From the human T2T-CHM13v2.0 reference genome, Homo sapiens, in the NCBI RefSeq assembly GCF_009914755.1, contig NC_060947.1: a stretch of 64,000 nt of DNA, one strand, 5' to 3'. The notes under the pieces were generated by a model. It made no database searches, was not told where the DNA came from, and was given only the letters and a program-made list of their open reading frames with translations. The translations under genes and the position numbers were made by a program. Below are positions 39,361 through 54,904 of this stretch, in pieces (the stretch's first letter is position 1; every line of letters begins with the position of its first letter).

Positions 39361-40093
39361 TCGAGTTCTTTACAGTGAGGTGACAGCACTTAATTTACCT
39401 CAGATGTTGTATTTTGACAAATTTCACATTTTTTTCTTTAATTAAAGTTTCTCAATAGTCAGCCAAGTACAGCTGACCAAAACCGTATGACCCAAGTGTA
39501 TCCATTTGAAAGACTCAAGATACATCTATTTTATAGATAATTTTCAAGATTGTGCCTTCATGTGATTTGTACAAATGACAAATATAGTACTTAAATTAGG
39601 ATGCAACTACTTTATTTTCTCTTCATCTTAAGATACAGGATATGCACATGCAAAAGAGCCAAAAAAGACATGAAAGGTAGATTTTTTTTTTATGTTCACC
39701 CATCGAGAGTATGCTTTTTTGTCCTTAAGTCACTCAAATAATATTTAGAATATATTGATATCAATTAGTGTTGTCATGTCAATTTTCTCTTATTTCTACT
39801 GAAAACTCCATGTAGGATCCACATATTATTGCGGAGCCATACTTTTAATGCATTTTTAAGTGGTATGCTTGAGACCTTGGACACAGATGGGGAATCTGTT
39901 TTTGCTAATCCTTTCTTCTCTCATGTCAGAGACTTATTCTCTTTTGCCACTCCCATATCCAATTTTCATCAATGTAGCATTCATGTGCTATAGTACTATA
40001 TATGTATTAATGCTAAATGATTTTTAAGGAGTGACTTCCTTCAATATAATTTTTACTTGAAAAGTAGAACTTTTGATTGATGGAAAGACTTCA

Positions 40094-40467
<374 letters not shown>

Positions 40468-40753
40468 CTAGGAATCTGGTTCTATGAAACTTACTTAGAA
40501 AATCCTCTAAAATAGTAAGAAATAAAGCAGAAAGTAATATGTAAATTCATGCTGGAACTTCAAGGAAGACTCATTTGAAGGTAATATTCTATCTGGCTTT
40601 TGTGTGTTGTACAAATCTATTTCCTTAGACATTTTTTTTTCTCCTGATGTCTTCCAAAAATATTTTAAATGTAATATTTGTTTTAAGACTAATTGCTAAC
40701 ATTTATATTGCATCAAAGTTTGTTATATTCATTTAGACTTACATCTGTATAAC

Positions 40754-41051
40754 TTTTTTTTTTTTTTGGAGATGGAGTCTCACTCTGTCGCCCAGGCTGG
40801 AGTGCAGTGGCATGATCTAGGCTCACTGCAACCTCCACCTCCCTGAGTTCAAGCAATCCTCCTGCCTCAGCCTCCCGAGTAGCTGGAATTACAGGCGCAC
40901 ACCACCATGCCTGGCTAATTTTTGTATTTTTAGTAGAGACAGGGTTTCCCCATGTTGGCCAGGCTGGTCTCGATCCCCTGACCTCAAATGATCAGCCCAC
41001 CTCAGCCTCCCAAAGTGCTGGGATTACAGGCGTGAGCCACCGTGCTCAGCC
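40754..41051 (-). mobile_element. AluS (Sz/Sx-like)
   Basis: Full antisense dimer with poly-T. Confidence 0.95.
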
Positions 41052-41566
41052 GACTTCTTTTAATGTTTATTATTAGCCCTATTTTAACTTCTTATAATGA
41101 TTTAACATTGATTGCTTTCTTTGTAAATAAAATAACAAAATAAGTGACTTTTCCAAGGAGAATACTCAGTGAATATCTACTTCAAATCCTTGCTTATCTG
41201 AAAATATGTTTATGTACATGATAAAGAACATATAATTAGAAGTCTAGAAATATATATATATATTTATATACATATATATATAGTCATCAATTTGAGAATT
41301 TCAGTAGATGGGATAACCTTTCGCTTGTAAAGAATTGAGGAAAGAAAACAATAAATTGCAAATTAGCACCAAGGAATTCACCAAGAACACAGCACAAATT
41401 AAGAGACTTTTTTTAAAAAAATGTGAGTTTAGAAAAAACATGGAGAAAAGATGGAGAGCCTCCATCCATACATGCTGAATGAGAATATCAGAGGGAGAAA
41501 ATTGAGGGAGTGGTGGAAGGAAATATGCCAAAATTTCTACAGCTTTCTACAACACACACATCTTCA

Positions 41567-41907
<341 letters not shown>

Positions 41908-42221
41908 TTAAATGGAAATAAATAACACCTAGAAACATAGCAGAAAAGCATACATCAAGGATTAAAAAAAAAAAGCAAACAACTTAATCTGGTAGTTCTA
42001 TCAATGAAGGTGTTAAAGTCCCCAACTGTAAATGGATTTGTTTTTTTCTCCTTTTAGCTCTATCAGGTTTTGCTTTTTTTGCTTCTTGTGTTTTCAGGCT
42101 CTGTTGCTTGATGCACACACATTTAAGATATTATGTTTCCTGATTAATTGACGCTTTTATCATTCAGTCCCTCTTTAGTAATTTTCTTTGTTCTAAAGTC
42201 TACTTTATCAAATTTAATGAT

Positions 42222-43233
42222 GTCATGGTTAATGACAGACCACACATGCTATGGTGATTTCATAAGATTAAAAAGAACCAGAAAAGTTCCTATCACCTAG
42301 TATTTACTATGCTATACTTTTTGTTTTTGGAGTATACTCCTTCTACCTATAAAAAGAATTTAATATAAAACAGCCTCAGGCAGGGCCTTCGGGGGTTTTC
42401 CAGAAGAAAGCATTGTTATCATAGAAGATGACATCTCCATGCCTGTTATTGCCCCTGAAGATCTTCCAGCAGTACAGGATATGGGGGTAAAAGACAGTGA
42501 TATTGATGACCTGACCCTATGTAGCCCTAGGCTAATGTGTGTGTTTGTGTCTTAGTTTTTAACAAAAAAGATTAAAAAGTAAAATATAAAAATAAACATT
42601 TTAAAAATGAAAAAAGCTTATAGAACAAGGATATAAAGAAGAAAACATTTTTGTACCGCTGTACAATGTGCTGGTGTTTTAAGCTGAGTGTTATTATAAA
42701 AGAGTTAAAAAATTAAAAAATTTATAAAGTAAAAATTTATAGTGAGCTAAGGTTAATTTATTATTGAAGAAAAAGATTTTAAAAATATATTTAGTGTAGC
42801 CTAAGTGCACAGTGATTATAACGTCTACAGGAATGTACAGTAATGTCCTAGGCCTTTATATTCACTCACCACTCACTCACTGACTCACCCAGAGCAACTT
42901 CCAGTTCTACAAGCTTCATTCATGGTAAGTACCCTATATAGGAGGACCATTTTTTAATCTTTTTATATCATAATTATACTGTACCTTTTCTATATTCAAA
43001 TATTTCTAGATACACAAATACTATTGTGTTACAATTGTCTATGGTATTCAGTACAGCAACATGCTACAGGTTTGCAGCCCAGGAGCAATAGGCTATACCA
43101 TATAGCCTATGTGTGCAGTAAGCTATACCATCTAGGTTTGTGTAAATACATTCTATGAGGTTTCTACAATGATGTAATTGAGAAATGAAGCATGTCTCAG
43201 AATGTGTCCCTGTTGTTAAGCAACACATGACTG
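42222..43233 (+). mobile_element. Tigger3 (Golem/MER7)-family TcMar DNA transposon, Tigger3b-like
   Basis: CAGCCTCAGGCAGG...CCAGAAGAA-GCATTGTTATCATAG, CACTCACTGACTCACCCAGAGCAAC, 3' TIR GTTAAGCAACACATGACTG. Confidence 0.9.
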
Positions 43234-43901
43234 CATTTTTCTTAAGGATTTCCTCTACACGTATTGAGCAGCATGTCAGATGGTGTTAAAATTTTTGCTA
43301 TAACCATCAAATATGATATAAGAAACGCATATAAAAGGTTAATCTGTTATATTTATCCCTGTTTTTAGCCTATCCAATGCTTTTATTTCTCTCCTGAAAC
43401 TCTGGCCATTCTTTTGTTTTCATTTATTTTCCATTTAGAGAACTTCCTTTTGCCATTCTTTATGAGTAAATTTGCTAGCAACAAATTCTCTTAGTTTTCC
43501 TTAATCTGGCAAAGTTCTAATTGTCCGTCCATTCCTGAATCATAGTTTTACTGAATACAGGATCTGAAATTGAAAGGTCTTTTCATTCAATACTTGAAAA
43601 ATAGTGTTATTTCATGATAGCTTTCATGGTTTCAGACAAAATATCTCCTCTCACTCAAATTCATATTCCCCTGTAGGTATGCTTTTTTTCTCTCTGGCTG
43701 CTTTCAATGTTTTTCTTTGCCTTTAGTTTTCAGAAATATGATTATGATATATCTTGACAGTGATTTCTTTGGATTTATCCTTTAGTGGTTTGCTTAACTT
43801 CTTGAATCTCTAGGTTTAAGTCTTTTGCCAAATTTTGAAAGTTTTCAGCCATTAATTTTTAAAATATTTTTTCAGTTCTGCTCTTTCTCTTCTCTCCTTA
43901 G

Positions 43902-44477
43902 TATCGGGGTTACTCACCCCCAATATTTCAACTTAGGTGCTTTCTATTTTCCATAAGTGTCAGCCGGCTGAGAAATAAAGAGAAAGAGTACAAAGAGAGA
44001 AATTTTACAGCTGGGCCGCCGGGGGTGACATCACATATGGGTAGGACCGTGATGCCCACCTGAGCCTCAAACCAGTAAGTTTTTTATTAAGGGTTTCAAA
44101 AGGGGAGGGGGTGTAAGAACAGGGAGTAGGTCACATGCTTCAAAGGGCAAAAAGGAGAACTGCTGATAAGGATCCAACAAAGATCACAAGGCAAAGGGCA
44201 AAATCAAGGTGCACTGATTTCGTATTGTTCAAACACACATGTTTTACAATCAATTTGTACAGTCAACACAATTATCACAGTGGTCCTGAGGGGACATACA
44301 TCCTCAGCTTACGAAGATAACAGGATTAAAAGATTAAAGTAAAGACAGGCATAAGAAATTATACCAGTATTATTTGGGAACTGATAAACGTCCATGAAAT
44401 CTTCAATCTACAATTTATGTTCCTCTGCCATGGCTCCAGCCGGTCCCTCTTTTCGGGATCCCTGACTTCTCACAACA
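43902..44477 (-). mobile_element. MER11 (ERVK/HML8) solo LTR, internally deleted
   Basis: Minus strand starts TGTTGTGAGAAGTCAGGGA...GGGACCGGCTGGAGCC. 6-bp TSD CCTTAG (43896-43901 / 44478-44483), typical of ERVK. Confidence 0.9.
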
Positions 44478-44736
44478 CCTTAGACCCTGATGACATGAAT
44501 GCTACTTCTTTTGTTTATATCCCAACTGAGACACTGTTCATTTATTTTTATTCTTTATTCTTTCTGTCCTTCAGATTGGGTAAATTCTAATGATTTTTTT
44601 CTTTAAGAAAATGAATTCTATCCACTGTCATTTTCACTCTATTATTGAACTCATTGATTGACATTTTATTTCAGTATTCTCTTTTTCAGTTGTACAGTTT
44701 AAATTTGTTATTTTCTAACTTAGATTTCTTCACTGA

Positions 44737-45036
<300 letters not shown>

Positions 45037-47438
45037 TCATTTATTTTAAGAAAATTTATAATTGCTTGTTGAAGCAGTTCCGCAATGGCTACTTTAAAAT
45101 ATTCCTCAGATAATTCCAACATCTGATTCATGTTGTTGTTCATTGCCTTTTATAGGTTATGTTGTAATTTTCTGGTTCTTGGTATGACAAATAATTTTAG
45201 CTATGATCCTAGACATTCTATATATTGTGTTAAAAGTATCCTATATTGAATTATTTATTTATTTATTTTTTACAGGCAGTCCTCCTGTTGAGGTCCAGTG
45301 TAAAAGATAATTGGATGTGTCTGTTCACCTTTATTTTTGGACCACTGGGCAAAAGTGGGCACTAACTCATACTCCTCATTAGAGATAGGTGGGGTGAAAA
45401 TTCAGCTCTCACCTAGACTCTGATAACAGCTTCCCAGAAAGTTGGGGCATTGACTCACACCACCTTATTGCCTCCAAGTGGATATAGCAAATTAGTTCTC
45501 CACTGGGCCACACTGACCCAGGAAGTGTGGGTGGAAGTAGGGAGTGGGGAAGCAGAGAGCTAGTTCAGACTACTTTGTTCCTGCAGAATGGCTAGCAGAA
45601 TTTCAGCTCCCTGCTGGACCCTGATGACACTGCTGGAGGAGAGTCGAGGAAAATAGAATGTCAAATAGCTGCAACTCTCACAACCTCGGATGACTTGATG
45701 CTAGTTGGGGTAGGGGCTTAGATCCCCCTTGATCCTCTCCCCAACACCAGGGAAAGGGAAAAGCACAGAGTCATCAAGCCAATCTACCATGATTGTTCCA
45801 TCTTGTTGATGCAGGGTAGAGGTAGAAGTTCATTTTTGCATTGGACCCCACTGAAGACTGTGGAACAGGTGGAGTGTCAAGTAGCTCTGCTTTACACTTC
45901 CTTGTTCAATCTTGTTGCAGTTGGGTGGGTGTGAAGATTCAGCTCTCCAGTGGATTTCACTGACCTCTGGGGTGGGAGAAAGAGTGAAGTATTACTTGCA
46001 TTGAGTTGCACTACTTTGATCAGTCTCTCTGCTGGGTAGCACTGGAGCCACAGCTTACCATTAGACCACACAGACACTGAGGAGGATTGGGAACACTGCC
46101 TGGTCCCCCTGAGAAGGGTATAAGAGATCATTTCCCTGTTTAACCTAGTAATACCACCTGCCAAGGGAATTGAAGAACCACCTGTTTCCATCAGGCACAG
46201 TAGGGAAGATTAGCTCCTTGCTAGGCTCCAACTACACCACCTGGCTGGGGAATGGGAGCATACCTCCTGCTTCGACAGGGTTAAGGGAGGAAGATCAACT
46301 CATCACAAGGCCTGCTGAGACTACAGTGGTACTGGGAGATGGAAGTGGTGTTTTCTATTGGTGTTTGACTTGAGTAGGGTGGGTATAGCCAAAACATTTT
46401 TCTATGAGGCCATCATTTCCTGTTTCTTTGGTTTTGGGGAAAAGATTTTCTTGGAGCTTTTCTTTGTGTTTGTTGGTAGATGCAGATGGAGGCTTCTGCA
46501 GAACTCCATCTGGGATATATGAGAAGTACTACGGATACCCAGGGAACTCACCTCAATGTCCTTCCTTATATTTTGATGTCCCTAAGCAGCCCACCTTCTT
46601 TACATCTTTCAGAGATTTCCTACGCTTGTTTGTTATTTATACCCAGAGTTATTTCAGTTGGAAAAGAGAAGACCTGTGAGGCATATGGCTACTCCATTTT
46701 GCTAGCAAACCTAGAACATTTTACTTATATTATCAAAATCTAAATTTAATCAATATATTTATCCTGGTCCCAAACACTGCAAGTACATAGAGCACTTTAA
46801 TTGTAATCATTTTACTTTCAGTTCTTTATTTTATTGGTTTAAAAATACTAAACCTATTTATCTCTGTCCTATAACTCCAATATCTAAACATTTTTGTGGT
46901 TATAAAACCATTGTTGTTTGTTATTGCTGGCCTGTCACTCATTATTGCTTCCAAGTGTGAGCATACGTGCCTGTGTGTGTATTCAGGAAATAAGAGCTCT
47001 TTCCTCATTTAGAGAAAAATGTTAACAACACTCATTTCTGAGTGATGAAATTACAGATAGTTTTATGCTACCTTTCTATACATTTTATGGTTTCCAAATT
47101 TCTTACAATAAGCATGGAATTTTTTATAGTCCTATAAAATCATTAATTTTTTCTTCTCTTTTCAAAGCTTATATTTCTCACTAGAAAACTAGGCTTATTG
47201 AATATACCAGATATCTACTCAATAAATTGACAATCATTTTATTTAAATAAATCATTAACTTTGAAAATAAATCTGTCTATGAAAGTATGATTAATTAATT
47301 TTCTAATTTTTAACTTGTTGTGATCATTACCATGTGCTTTTCTTGGTGAAGATGCCTATAATGAACAAGGATGTAAATATTTTTTGCTCCCATAATTGTA
47401 GCCAAATCAGGAAAGCTAATATTAATAAAAGAAGTGCT

Positions 47439-47696
<258 letters not shown>

Positions 47697-48644
47697 TTAC
47701 ACTGTATTTGAAAAAGGAGACTGAGTCTGGCTGGATTTGTTAGTCCTGTGTCAGAAGATGAAGAGAACTATAAACAGAAATGCAGGAGAGGCTTGGAGGA
47801 GAAACAACACAGGGTACTGATGGGAAGGTAATGAGAATCCTTATGGTAATTACTGGTAGAAAATGTTAGAAACACTGTGGTGGTATTATATAGCCAGGCA
47901 GAAAAGTGCCGTTTCTTTAGAAATCCCCAGGGAGTGAGATTCTTTTTACATCCTTCAATATTATCTTTTGAAGTCTAACACCTTAATTAGTTTTTACCAA
48001 ATTCCTGTAGAGTAAATATGGATTACATATTAGTCATATCCTCAAATGCCTCCGCATTAGTTGGTCAGTCAACAGCATGTGAACCCAAGGCAGCTTTTTT
48101 GATATTGCTTTTCTGCCCCTCTCCTACTCAGCCTTTAGGCTGGTACGTTGAGTGGTTGACTCTCTTGCTTTTTCCTCATCTTTCTATAGCATGATATTAA
48201 ACCCTAAGTGTTTCTGATGTATTTATTTGCCTTGACTCTTTTGGAAGATGGATGGTACCATTCCTTTTCTTTTTTTTTTTTTTTTCCCTCACACTGTCAT
48301 ATCTTTTACCAAATTTTTCAACCTTGAAAATTAATTAGAATTCCTTCAAAGTAGCTAGACAGGACAATATAATCTTAGAATATATGTGAAATACCTTACA
48401 GGGCCTGGCATTTAGTAGATGCTCAACAAATGCCCCAAATTGTTTCCTGTTTAAATTTCTAGAGCGCTAAAATGTCCTCTATGTTAATTGTTTTCTAATT
48501 CAACAAATATTTATTGAGCACCTATATTGCCTGTACAGCTTATATTCTTTTCATTACTTTTTCTCTCTAAAATAGCAGACTGGACATGTATCATTGTGGA
48601 CATACATTGATGTTCTCACACATGTATCTATTGTGCATAAAATG

Positions 48645-48900
48645 AAACAGTGTGGTATAGAAAAATGAGCACTTGTTTTGGAAGACCCATGTATTATTCA
48701 GCCTTCTCCACTTTCTAGCTGAATTACCATAAACCAATTACTTATGCCCTTTGAAGCTCAGTTAGCTCATGTACAAAAACATGGAGTCAATGATACAGAC
48801 GTTGACTATCTTACAGGATTGTTACACATAACAATCTATCATCTATAAAACTTTAAAAAATGTGTCAAAACTTTAAAGTGTTATACAAATGTGTTTATAT
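48645..48900 (+). mobile_element. MIR-family SINE
   Basis: CAGTGTGGTATAG head, GCTCAGTT core, TTACAGGATTGTT. Confidence 0.6.
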
Positions 48901-51900
48901 CTAAATATTAGCTACCCACTTATATTTTATTCTGAGATCAACGTTCCTTGTAAACATTTCACAAAATATTTATATATGTACAATAAGTGTAATTGATTAC
49001 TTTTTTATAGGTGAAGAACTTTAGTCAGATAAATGAGGCAGGTGGAGAAACTGAGAATAGACTTTCAGTCTTCTCAATCTGATAATTTTATGCAGTAGAC
49101 AATGTCATTCTTTCTACTTGTTTTTGAAAACTGTAAATATCAATGAAAATGCCTTACTGAATAGTGGAATGGAAATTACAAGTTATAGAATGTACAGTTT
49201 ACAAAACTAAACACATCTCTAACAGTGTACATATCAGTTCGGAGTTCAGCAGTGAAAAAACTTAATTTAAACTGTGATTAAATATAGTTCAGTATAGAAT
49301 CTTGCACTCCTCAGATACTAGGGTACAGATGATAAAAACTAAAGGGTTCTTTTCTCTCTTAAATTCAATCAGTAAACAATTTACATGAACTCATTTCAAT
49401 TTGGAAGTCTCAAAAACCTAACGCGGCTGAATAATCTATCAAACAATTTAAGACATCTATTATCATAAGTGATATCTATGTAATGAAGAGGTCAAAATCG
49501 TCCTCTGGTAGTTATTTCTCTGAGACCGGATCCACATAAGACAAAGCTGATTGGCAAAGTAAAAGCCAAGAAAATGATTGTGGTTCGTGGATGTTCTGTC
49601 CACGATATTCTCTTTTAGATTTAATCTCATTGTCAAACCACAATACAGTAGCAGCTTGGGTTACAATGAATTTTGGTTACGCCACTTTGAATCACACTCT
49701 GTCGCAGGAAATGAAGACGATGAAAAAAAATGCCTGTATTCATTTCAAATACATTCATGAGCCATGGATCCAGTACATTATTTTTCTGAGCATATTCTAA
49801 AAGATGTCAGGCCTTTTCAAATCTAGCCATCTCTTTTGTTAATAAGGCTGCTTAGGAAATGAGATTTTGATTCAAATTCAGTATCAAAATATCAAGCCCA
49901 AAACAATAATCTCAAACATTACCTCTGCATTACCTCTAACTCAATATGCAGAAAACACTTACCCTCTGACATTTCAAAGTAATAAATCAGCACCATCTGT
50001 CCCCAGGCTCTGCTGCTTCTTCTCCTCCTTACACTGCTCAAGGGCATTCATCTTGTTTCTTCCATTAGCACACACCATAAAGATGTGTTGTTCTGACACC
50101 TGTATATCAGACAAAGTTACACTCTAGGGATGCCAAAATACCTTATCATATTGTCATGAACACCATCCCTCCTTTTTTTTCCATTGAAAAACTCTTTGGC
50201 TCTCTGGAGAAAAATGGCTCTACATAAATTTGTCATTATTGGTTGCATTTTGTTTGAGAAGAATCCAATGTCAGTTACATTACAGCTTGATCTTAGAGTG
50301 ATTTCTAACACCGGATAGTGAGAGTGAGAATGGGGTAATGCAATCCTGTCTTCAAATATGACAATAACTGAAATTATAATTAATTTGAGATCATCTGAAC
50401 ATACGGTATATATAGCACAGATTAGTTTTGTACTTCACAGAAAAGTCTGTTATGATACACAGATTTAACAATTGTGATTCTACTAATCACAAATGACCTT
50501 GAAAATCCATGCTATGTGATGATTTATATTTTATAATCACATTCCCTAACACTGCGTTAGCAGAGGGAGTTAACTTAGCATGAAGCCTTATGTTTCCCTA
50601 GACATCATCCTGCCTGCTGTAACACTCCAGAGGTGAGAGAAACCTTATTTCTCCTAGAAAGTTCTTCCTCCCCAAATGTGATATAATTGGAAAAAAAAGA
50701 GACAAAAAGTGACAATATACATGATTTTCATGTATATATATTCCTGTACATACATTAAGAGCCTACAGTACTTCTTTATAGGAAGACTAGGGATGGTTTT
50801 ATGGAACGGGAAGTTGCAAACTGGGAGCACCTAATACTTATGAACCTTCATCTGTTATCCCATATTTAATCTTCCCGATGGTTTTGTTTTATGGGAAGAA
50901 ACAGCCTCAGTGAGGTTGAACAGTTGAGTAACTTTTCTGAGCCTCATATTCTCCATTTGGAAAAAAAGGTTAGATACCTTTAAAACAACTAAAAATCATG
51001 GCTGTCTATAATTCTTACTTATTCTTACATTACCTTTTTTCAGGATCTGCCACACCTCAGACTTCAGACTATGCAGAGGTTGTTGTGTATGTGCATGTAT
51101 GCATGCGTGTGTGTGTGTAGGTGTGTAGGTTGGGTGTTTAAATTGAGAAGGGGAAGGGTATAATGAGACTCATGAATCTTACTCCTTGTCCTCTTCTAAC
51201 TTTGATGCTTTAGTTCATAAACAGGACTTCAGTAATCCCAAACACTGGCTTTACTCACTGAAATATGAGTTTCCCAGTGCCTAGGTCTCCTGCCAATGAA
51301 TTTGTTGCCCACAGGTGCTTCCAAAATACCTAAAGAAAAAAAAAATGTTACCGTCTGCCTGAATTCCCACTTCTTATTCATTTGTTCTGTGCTTTCCATG
51401 CTGGCCCGATTTTCAGATTTCAGATCTTCCTTTGGATTCATGATCCCGTGTACTCACTGTGAAAGTAACCAAACCCTAATATTATTTTGTTGTTTGGATC
51501 TTATTTTCCATATCCTACACTTTTACCTCAACTTCTCCTAGTTTGATCTTGCTTAACCAGAGTCTGACTCCCAACTTTCACAGAATTAGTGGTCAAAGTG
51601 TACGTTTTTCTGATCTTAATATTGATTGATGCATGTATAAGTATGTTGTTAAAAGAAAAATAAAATCCTCCTTAATGTTTGCCCTACTTTATCTTCTTTA
51701 TTACATATCCTAAGAGATCTGGTCATTAGGAATTATTCTGTTTGAGTTGGAACTGTAGAAACCTATGAATCATTTCATTCATGCCTGGTAGATCTTCACA
51801 TTAGAAACACAAAAGATCACGTAAAGTAAAAAAGAAAATGTACTACACCAATTTTTTTTTTTTTAAAAAACACAAGCAGAAAACCAACTATTTTCCTTTC

Positions 51901-54360
51901 TTTGAGTATATTTTTAAGACATTTTCAAGGCTAAAACACAGTTACCAGGTTTGAATTTTTTGATTTGGTTAGAAGTGGAATAGTATAAAAGGATGAGCTT
52001 GTTTCTAACAGATCATTTTACTCTTATAAGTTTAATGTTAAATATTTACATTTTAAAAATAAAAATTTGTCAGGCAACTTAGAGAAGTACATGGCACCTA
52101 TATTGTATATTGCGTAATGTGACCATTTAATTCATATGACCATCTGTAGTGCTTATTCAATGTGATTGAAAATTTTAATTGAGAACTTATAATAAAAATG
52201 TTTTTTGGAAGAAAATGAATTACAGAGACATAAAAATATGTTAATAAAAGTAACAGCATTGTCTATCTAAGAGCATTATCTTTACCTGTGATTGCATTTT
52301 TTTTCTGGAAAATAAATGTTAAAACTCTTATGAGAATTGTGCGCAAAATTAAAAAAAAGTGTTTTAAATAATACATGCATTTTTTTTCTTTAGGGTTTTA
52401 CACAACCATTTTGTCTCATTATGCCTTATTGGTGTGAACTCCTGAAGCAAAACTACACTTATTATTGAAAATGGCTACCCAAACTCCCTGACAGATCAAC
52501 ATCCTTCTTGCAATTTCTGCCTCACCCTTATTTAACTAACAGTGACAGCAGCATTTATCTTTTCCTAGTCTGTAGGAATGCAAGTATTGTTATCCACAAT
52601 GTTTTGATTTAAACTATTATCTAAAAGATCTTTGTCATATTCAATATCTTTTGTGCTACCAATGAGGAAGACTATTTTCTTTTACATCAAAGGGTACTTA
52701 TAGTAATCTTCGATAAAAATGGAAAAACAAAATCAATTATATAATGTTAGAACATATTTTTCTATTATATTTCAACTTTTAAAATTGATCAAAATTGTAG
52801 CAAGAAATCATTCTTTTGGGTTTGAATAGATTCGTTGGAGACATACACATGCACACATAAACACATCCTATGACTTGTTTTTTTAAAGTGAATTTGAGTC
52901 TTCTCATATACACTATGTGGGTTTAGGCAGTTGCTCATATCAAATACATAAAATGTATTGCTTTTTAATGAAATTATATTATGAGTGTTGGCACCATCAA
53001 TTTTCCACTACTTTTTCTATAACCAAACAAAGTGTGTTTGTTTTAAAAAGTACTCTTAGTTTATCAGTGCTGTTGTCAAAAAGAAAACATATTCTCAGGA
53101 AGAATATGGAAGTTGACATTTTTGGATTCCATTTTCTCTAAATAGGCTCTTTTTGAAAAAGATTGCATTCAAAGGCTGTCTTTCAAAACAGTTTTATTTC
53201 TCTTTGAAGTGAGAATTTTCTGTTCATACATTTGAATTTTTAAAAGTAGTCTAGAAGCAAAAGATGCCACCCCAAATCAGTGACGCAACACTTACTTCCT
53301 TGGAAATTTAGAGTCAACCACAGAACTCCATAATTATTATACTTTGAAACTTTCCTTCAAATACTGTACAGAGTGGCATTACGAAAAACAACTCCTTTGA
53401 AAATTCACAGTTGAAACTAAAAGCAGAATAATTCTTTGGTTCTTGTGAGCAGAATTAGAGAAAAGGAAAAACACTTTTATAAAATTGTTTTTCTAAAAAT
53501 AACATATTCTGATCAAATAGGCCTGACCTTTTGTTCATAACGACAAAGGGCATGACATTCTTGATATCCGTTCAATTTCACAACTCTAGCATGGGGTTTA
53601 CTTAAATTTTCTTACTCAAATGTTTCCAAAATAGTGGTCGCAAATATTCTGCTTTTGTTTTGCTGTTTGTTCATCTTTTTTTGGTGAATCTGCTTGGGAA
53701 ATTGATTTTTACACATGTGTGTTTCAAGAGGAAATTAAGAGCAACTTAATGACTTTCTAAGGAAATAGAGAAAAAAATACAGATGACAAATCTGTTAATG
53801 CTTTCACAATCCCTTTGGTGTTTATTGTTGCCAGCATAAGAATGTAAACCAAAGAAAAAAATGATAATTATTAAATTAAATATAGTCAAAACATGTTAGA
53901 GGCAAATAAATGCGAAAAATAAACACTCTCAATTTTTTTTCAGTTTTTCTATGTGGTGTCACTTCATACCAGATAATAATGCAAATCAGGTCTCTTGAAA
54001 AGTGGCTCTTTCAGGGCCTGTAAGGCAAGTACATGTAACTGCTGACAAAGGTGCTACTTAGAAAGTTCAATCTCACCTTGAGTGGATGGTGTTTATTATT
54101 TTGCTTTTTCTACTAACTCCTTGTGCAGCTTTACGGCCATTTTCTTTCTCTTCCTGTGAGTTTATACCTTTATAAAATCTAGTATCCTCCTCTCAGATAT
54201 TTTAACAAGTGTGATGCTCGTGAAATGCTTGGCAAGTTGTGAAAGCTACTATCTATTTAGAACACATAATAATCAGCATCTTTCTGCCTTAAGAAAACAA
54301 ATACTTAGTCAAAGTTGTAGTAACTAAGTTCTTCTTAGATTGTGGCAATATCACCTGAAG

Positions 54361-54890
54361 CAGGGGTCAGCAAGCTACGGCCCACAGGCCAAATCCACCC
54401 AGCTACCAGTTCTTGTGAATGAAGGCTTACTAGAACACAGTCATACTTATTTGCTTATATATTGTCTAAGGCTGCTTTCATATTATAACAACAGAGTTGA
54501 GTATAGATGCTTCTCACCTTACGATGAGGTTACATCCCATATAAACCTATAGTAAATTGAAAATATCATAAGGCAAAAATGCATTTAATGTATCTAATGT
54601 TACAAACATTATGGCTTAGTCTAGCCTAACTTAACATGTTCAGAATACTTATATTAGCACACAGTTGGGCAAATTCATCTAATACAAAGCATATTTTGCA
54701 ATAAGGTGTTGAATATCTCATATAATTTATTGAATACTGTACTGGAAATGAAAAACAGAATGGCTGCACGGCTACTAGAAGTGTAGTTTCTACTGAATGT
54801 GTATCAATGTTGCACCATTATAAAGTCAAAACATTGCAAGTTGAACCATTGTAAGCTGGTAACCATTTTTGGTTGCAACAGAGACTGTAA
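54361..54890. mobile_element. MER58A hAT element interrupted by MER47A
   Basis: CAGGGGTCAGCAAGCTACGGCCC...CAGAGTTGAGTA, resuming as GTTGCAACAGAGACTGTA after the insertion. Confidence 0.85.
54503..54870. mobile_element. MER47A TcMar-Tigger MITE
   Basis: AGATGCTTCTCACCTTACGATG TIR-like start, CAGTTGGGCAAA core, about 370 bp, inserted at TA. Confidence 0.85.
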
Positions 54891-54904
54891 GAAATACAGG
54901 TGTG

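Noticed and set aside
45380-46340. Regularly spaced motif as a CRISPR-like array
   Set aside because: Eukaryotic DNA, highly degenerate units embedded in an L1 5' region, and no cas genes.
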